DNA of 64,000 nt from Octopus vulgaris (lineage: Eukaryota), in NCBI GenBank assembly GCA_951406725.2, contig OX597831.1:3348001-3412000 (forward strand). Direction: 5' to 3'. Shown piece after piece: positions 63,218 to 64,000 of the stretch. The notes below the pieces were generated by a model, which did no database searches, was not told the origin of the DNA, and worked only from the letters and a program-made list of their open reading frames with translations. A program made the position numbers and the translations under genes. Positions within the stretch are counted from its first letter, which is position 1. Each line of letters begins with the position of its first letter.

Positions 63218-63372
63218 AGGAATGGCTGTGTGGTAAGTAGCTTGCTTACCAACCACACGGTTCCAGGTTCAGTCCCACTGCATGGTACCTTGGGCAAGTG
63301 TCTTCTGCTATAACCTCGGGTCGACCAAAGCCTTGTGAGTGGATTTGGTAGATGGAAACTGAAAAAAGCCCG

Positions 63373-63446
<74 letters not shown>

Positions 63447-63666
63447 ATATGTTTGTGTGTCTGTGTTTGTCCCCCCCAACATCACTTGATAACTGATGCT
63501 GGTGTGTTTACATCCCCGTAACTTTGTGGTTCGGCAAAAGAGATCAATAGAATAAGTACTAGGCTTACAAAGAATAAGTCCTGGGGTCGATTTGCTCGAT
63601 TAAAGGTGGTGCTCCAGCATGGCCACAGTCAAATGACTAAAACAAGTAAAAGAGTAAAAGAGTAAG
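63218..63666 (+). mobile_element. SINE family B, flanked by partial copies (63058-63190, 63672-63836)
   Basis: Full family structure; tandem head-to-tail cluster. Confidence 0.88.
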
Positions 63667-64000
63667 AATATGCGCAGGCATGGCTGTGTGGTAAGCAGCT
63701 GGCTTCTCAGCCACATGGTTCTGGGTTCAGTCCCACTGTGTGGCACCTCAGGCAAGTGTCTTCTACTTTAGCCTCAGACTGACCAAAGCCTTGTGAGTGG
63801 ATTTGGTACATGGAAATGGGAAGAAGCCCATCGTATATCATCGTCATCATCATCATCATCGTTTAAACGTCCATTTTCCATGCTAGCATGGGTTGGACGG
63901 TTCGACCGGGGTCTGGGAAGCCAGGGTCTGCACCAGGCTCCAGTCTGATCTGGCAGTGTTTCTACAGCTGGATGCCCTTCCTAATGCCAACCACTCCGCG

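Overview
AT-rich, microsatellite- and SINE-dense animal DNA. The repeat families suggest an octopod cephalopod (inference from recalled repeat types, not a search). Bases 1-~20,300 hold the 3' end of a + strand ARID1/osa gene (BAF250, SWI/SNF subunit). Three coding exons join in frame (3057-3277, 10460-10586, 14129-16302), followed by a long transposon-free putative 3' UTR. The remaining ~44 kb contain no convincing protein gene. They consist of tRNA-derived SINEs, RTE/CR1/R4-type LINE remnants, piggyBac-, hAT- and mariner-type MITEs, a probable Helitron and simple repeats. Main leads: (1) at least four unrelated short elements carry minimal type-I hammerhead-ribozyme architecture like that of Penelope-like elements, with different core variants (canonical, A6U, G3-C8, U4C), one at the apex of a ~450-bp foldback; (2) a transposon-free 7.2-kb ARID1 intron with a candidate 21-nt in-frame microexon, candidate poison exons and TGCATG clusters; (3) a SINE flanked by a 20-bp inverted rather than direct duplication; (4) a small CpG/G4 island near 58.9 kb. 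Repeat boundaries are read by eye and approximate, and nothing was checked by database search.
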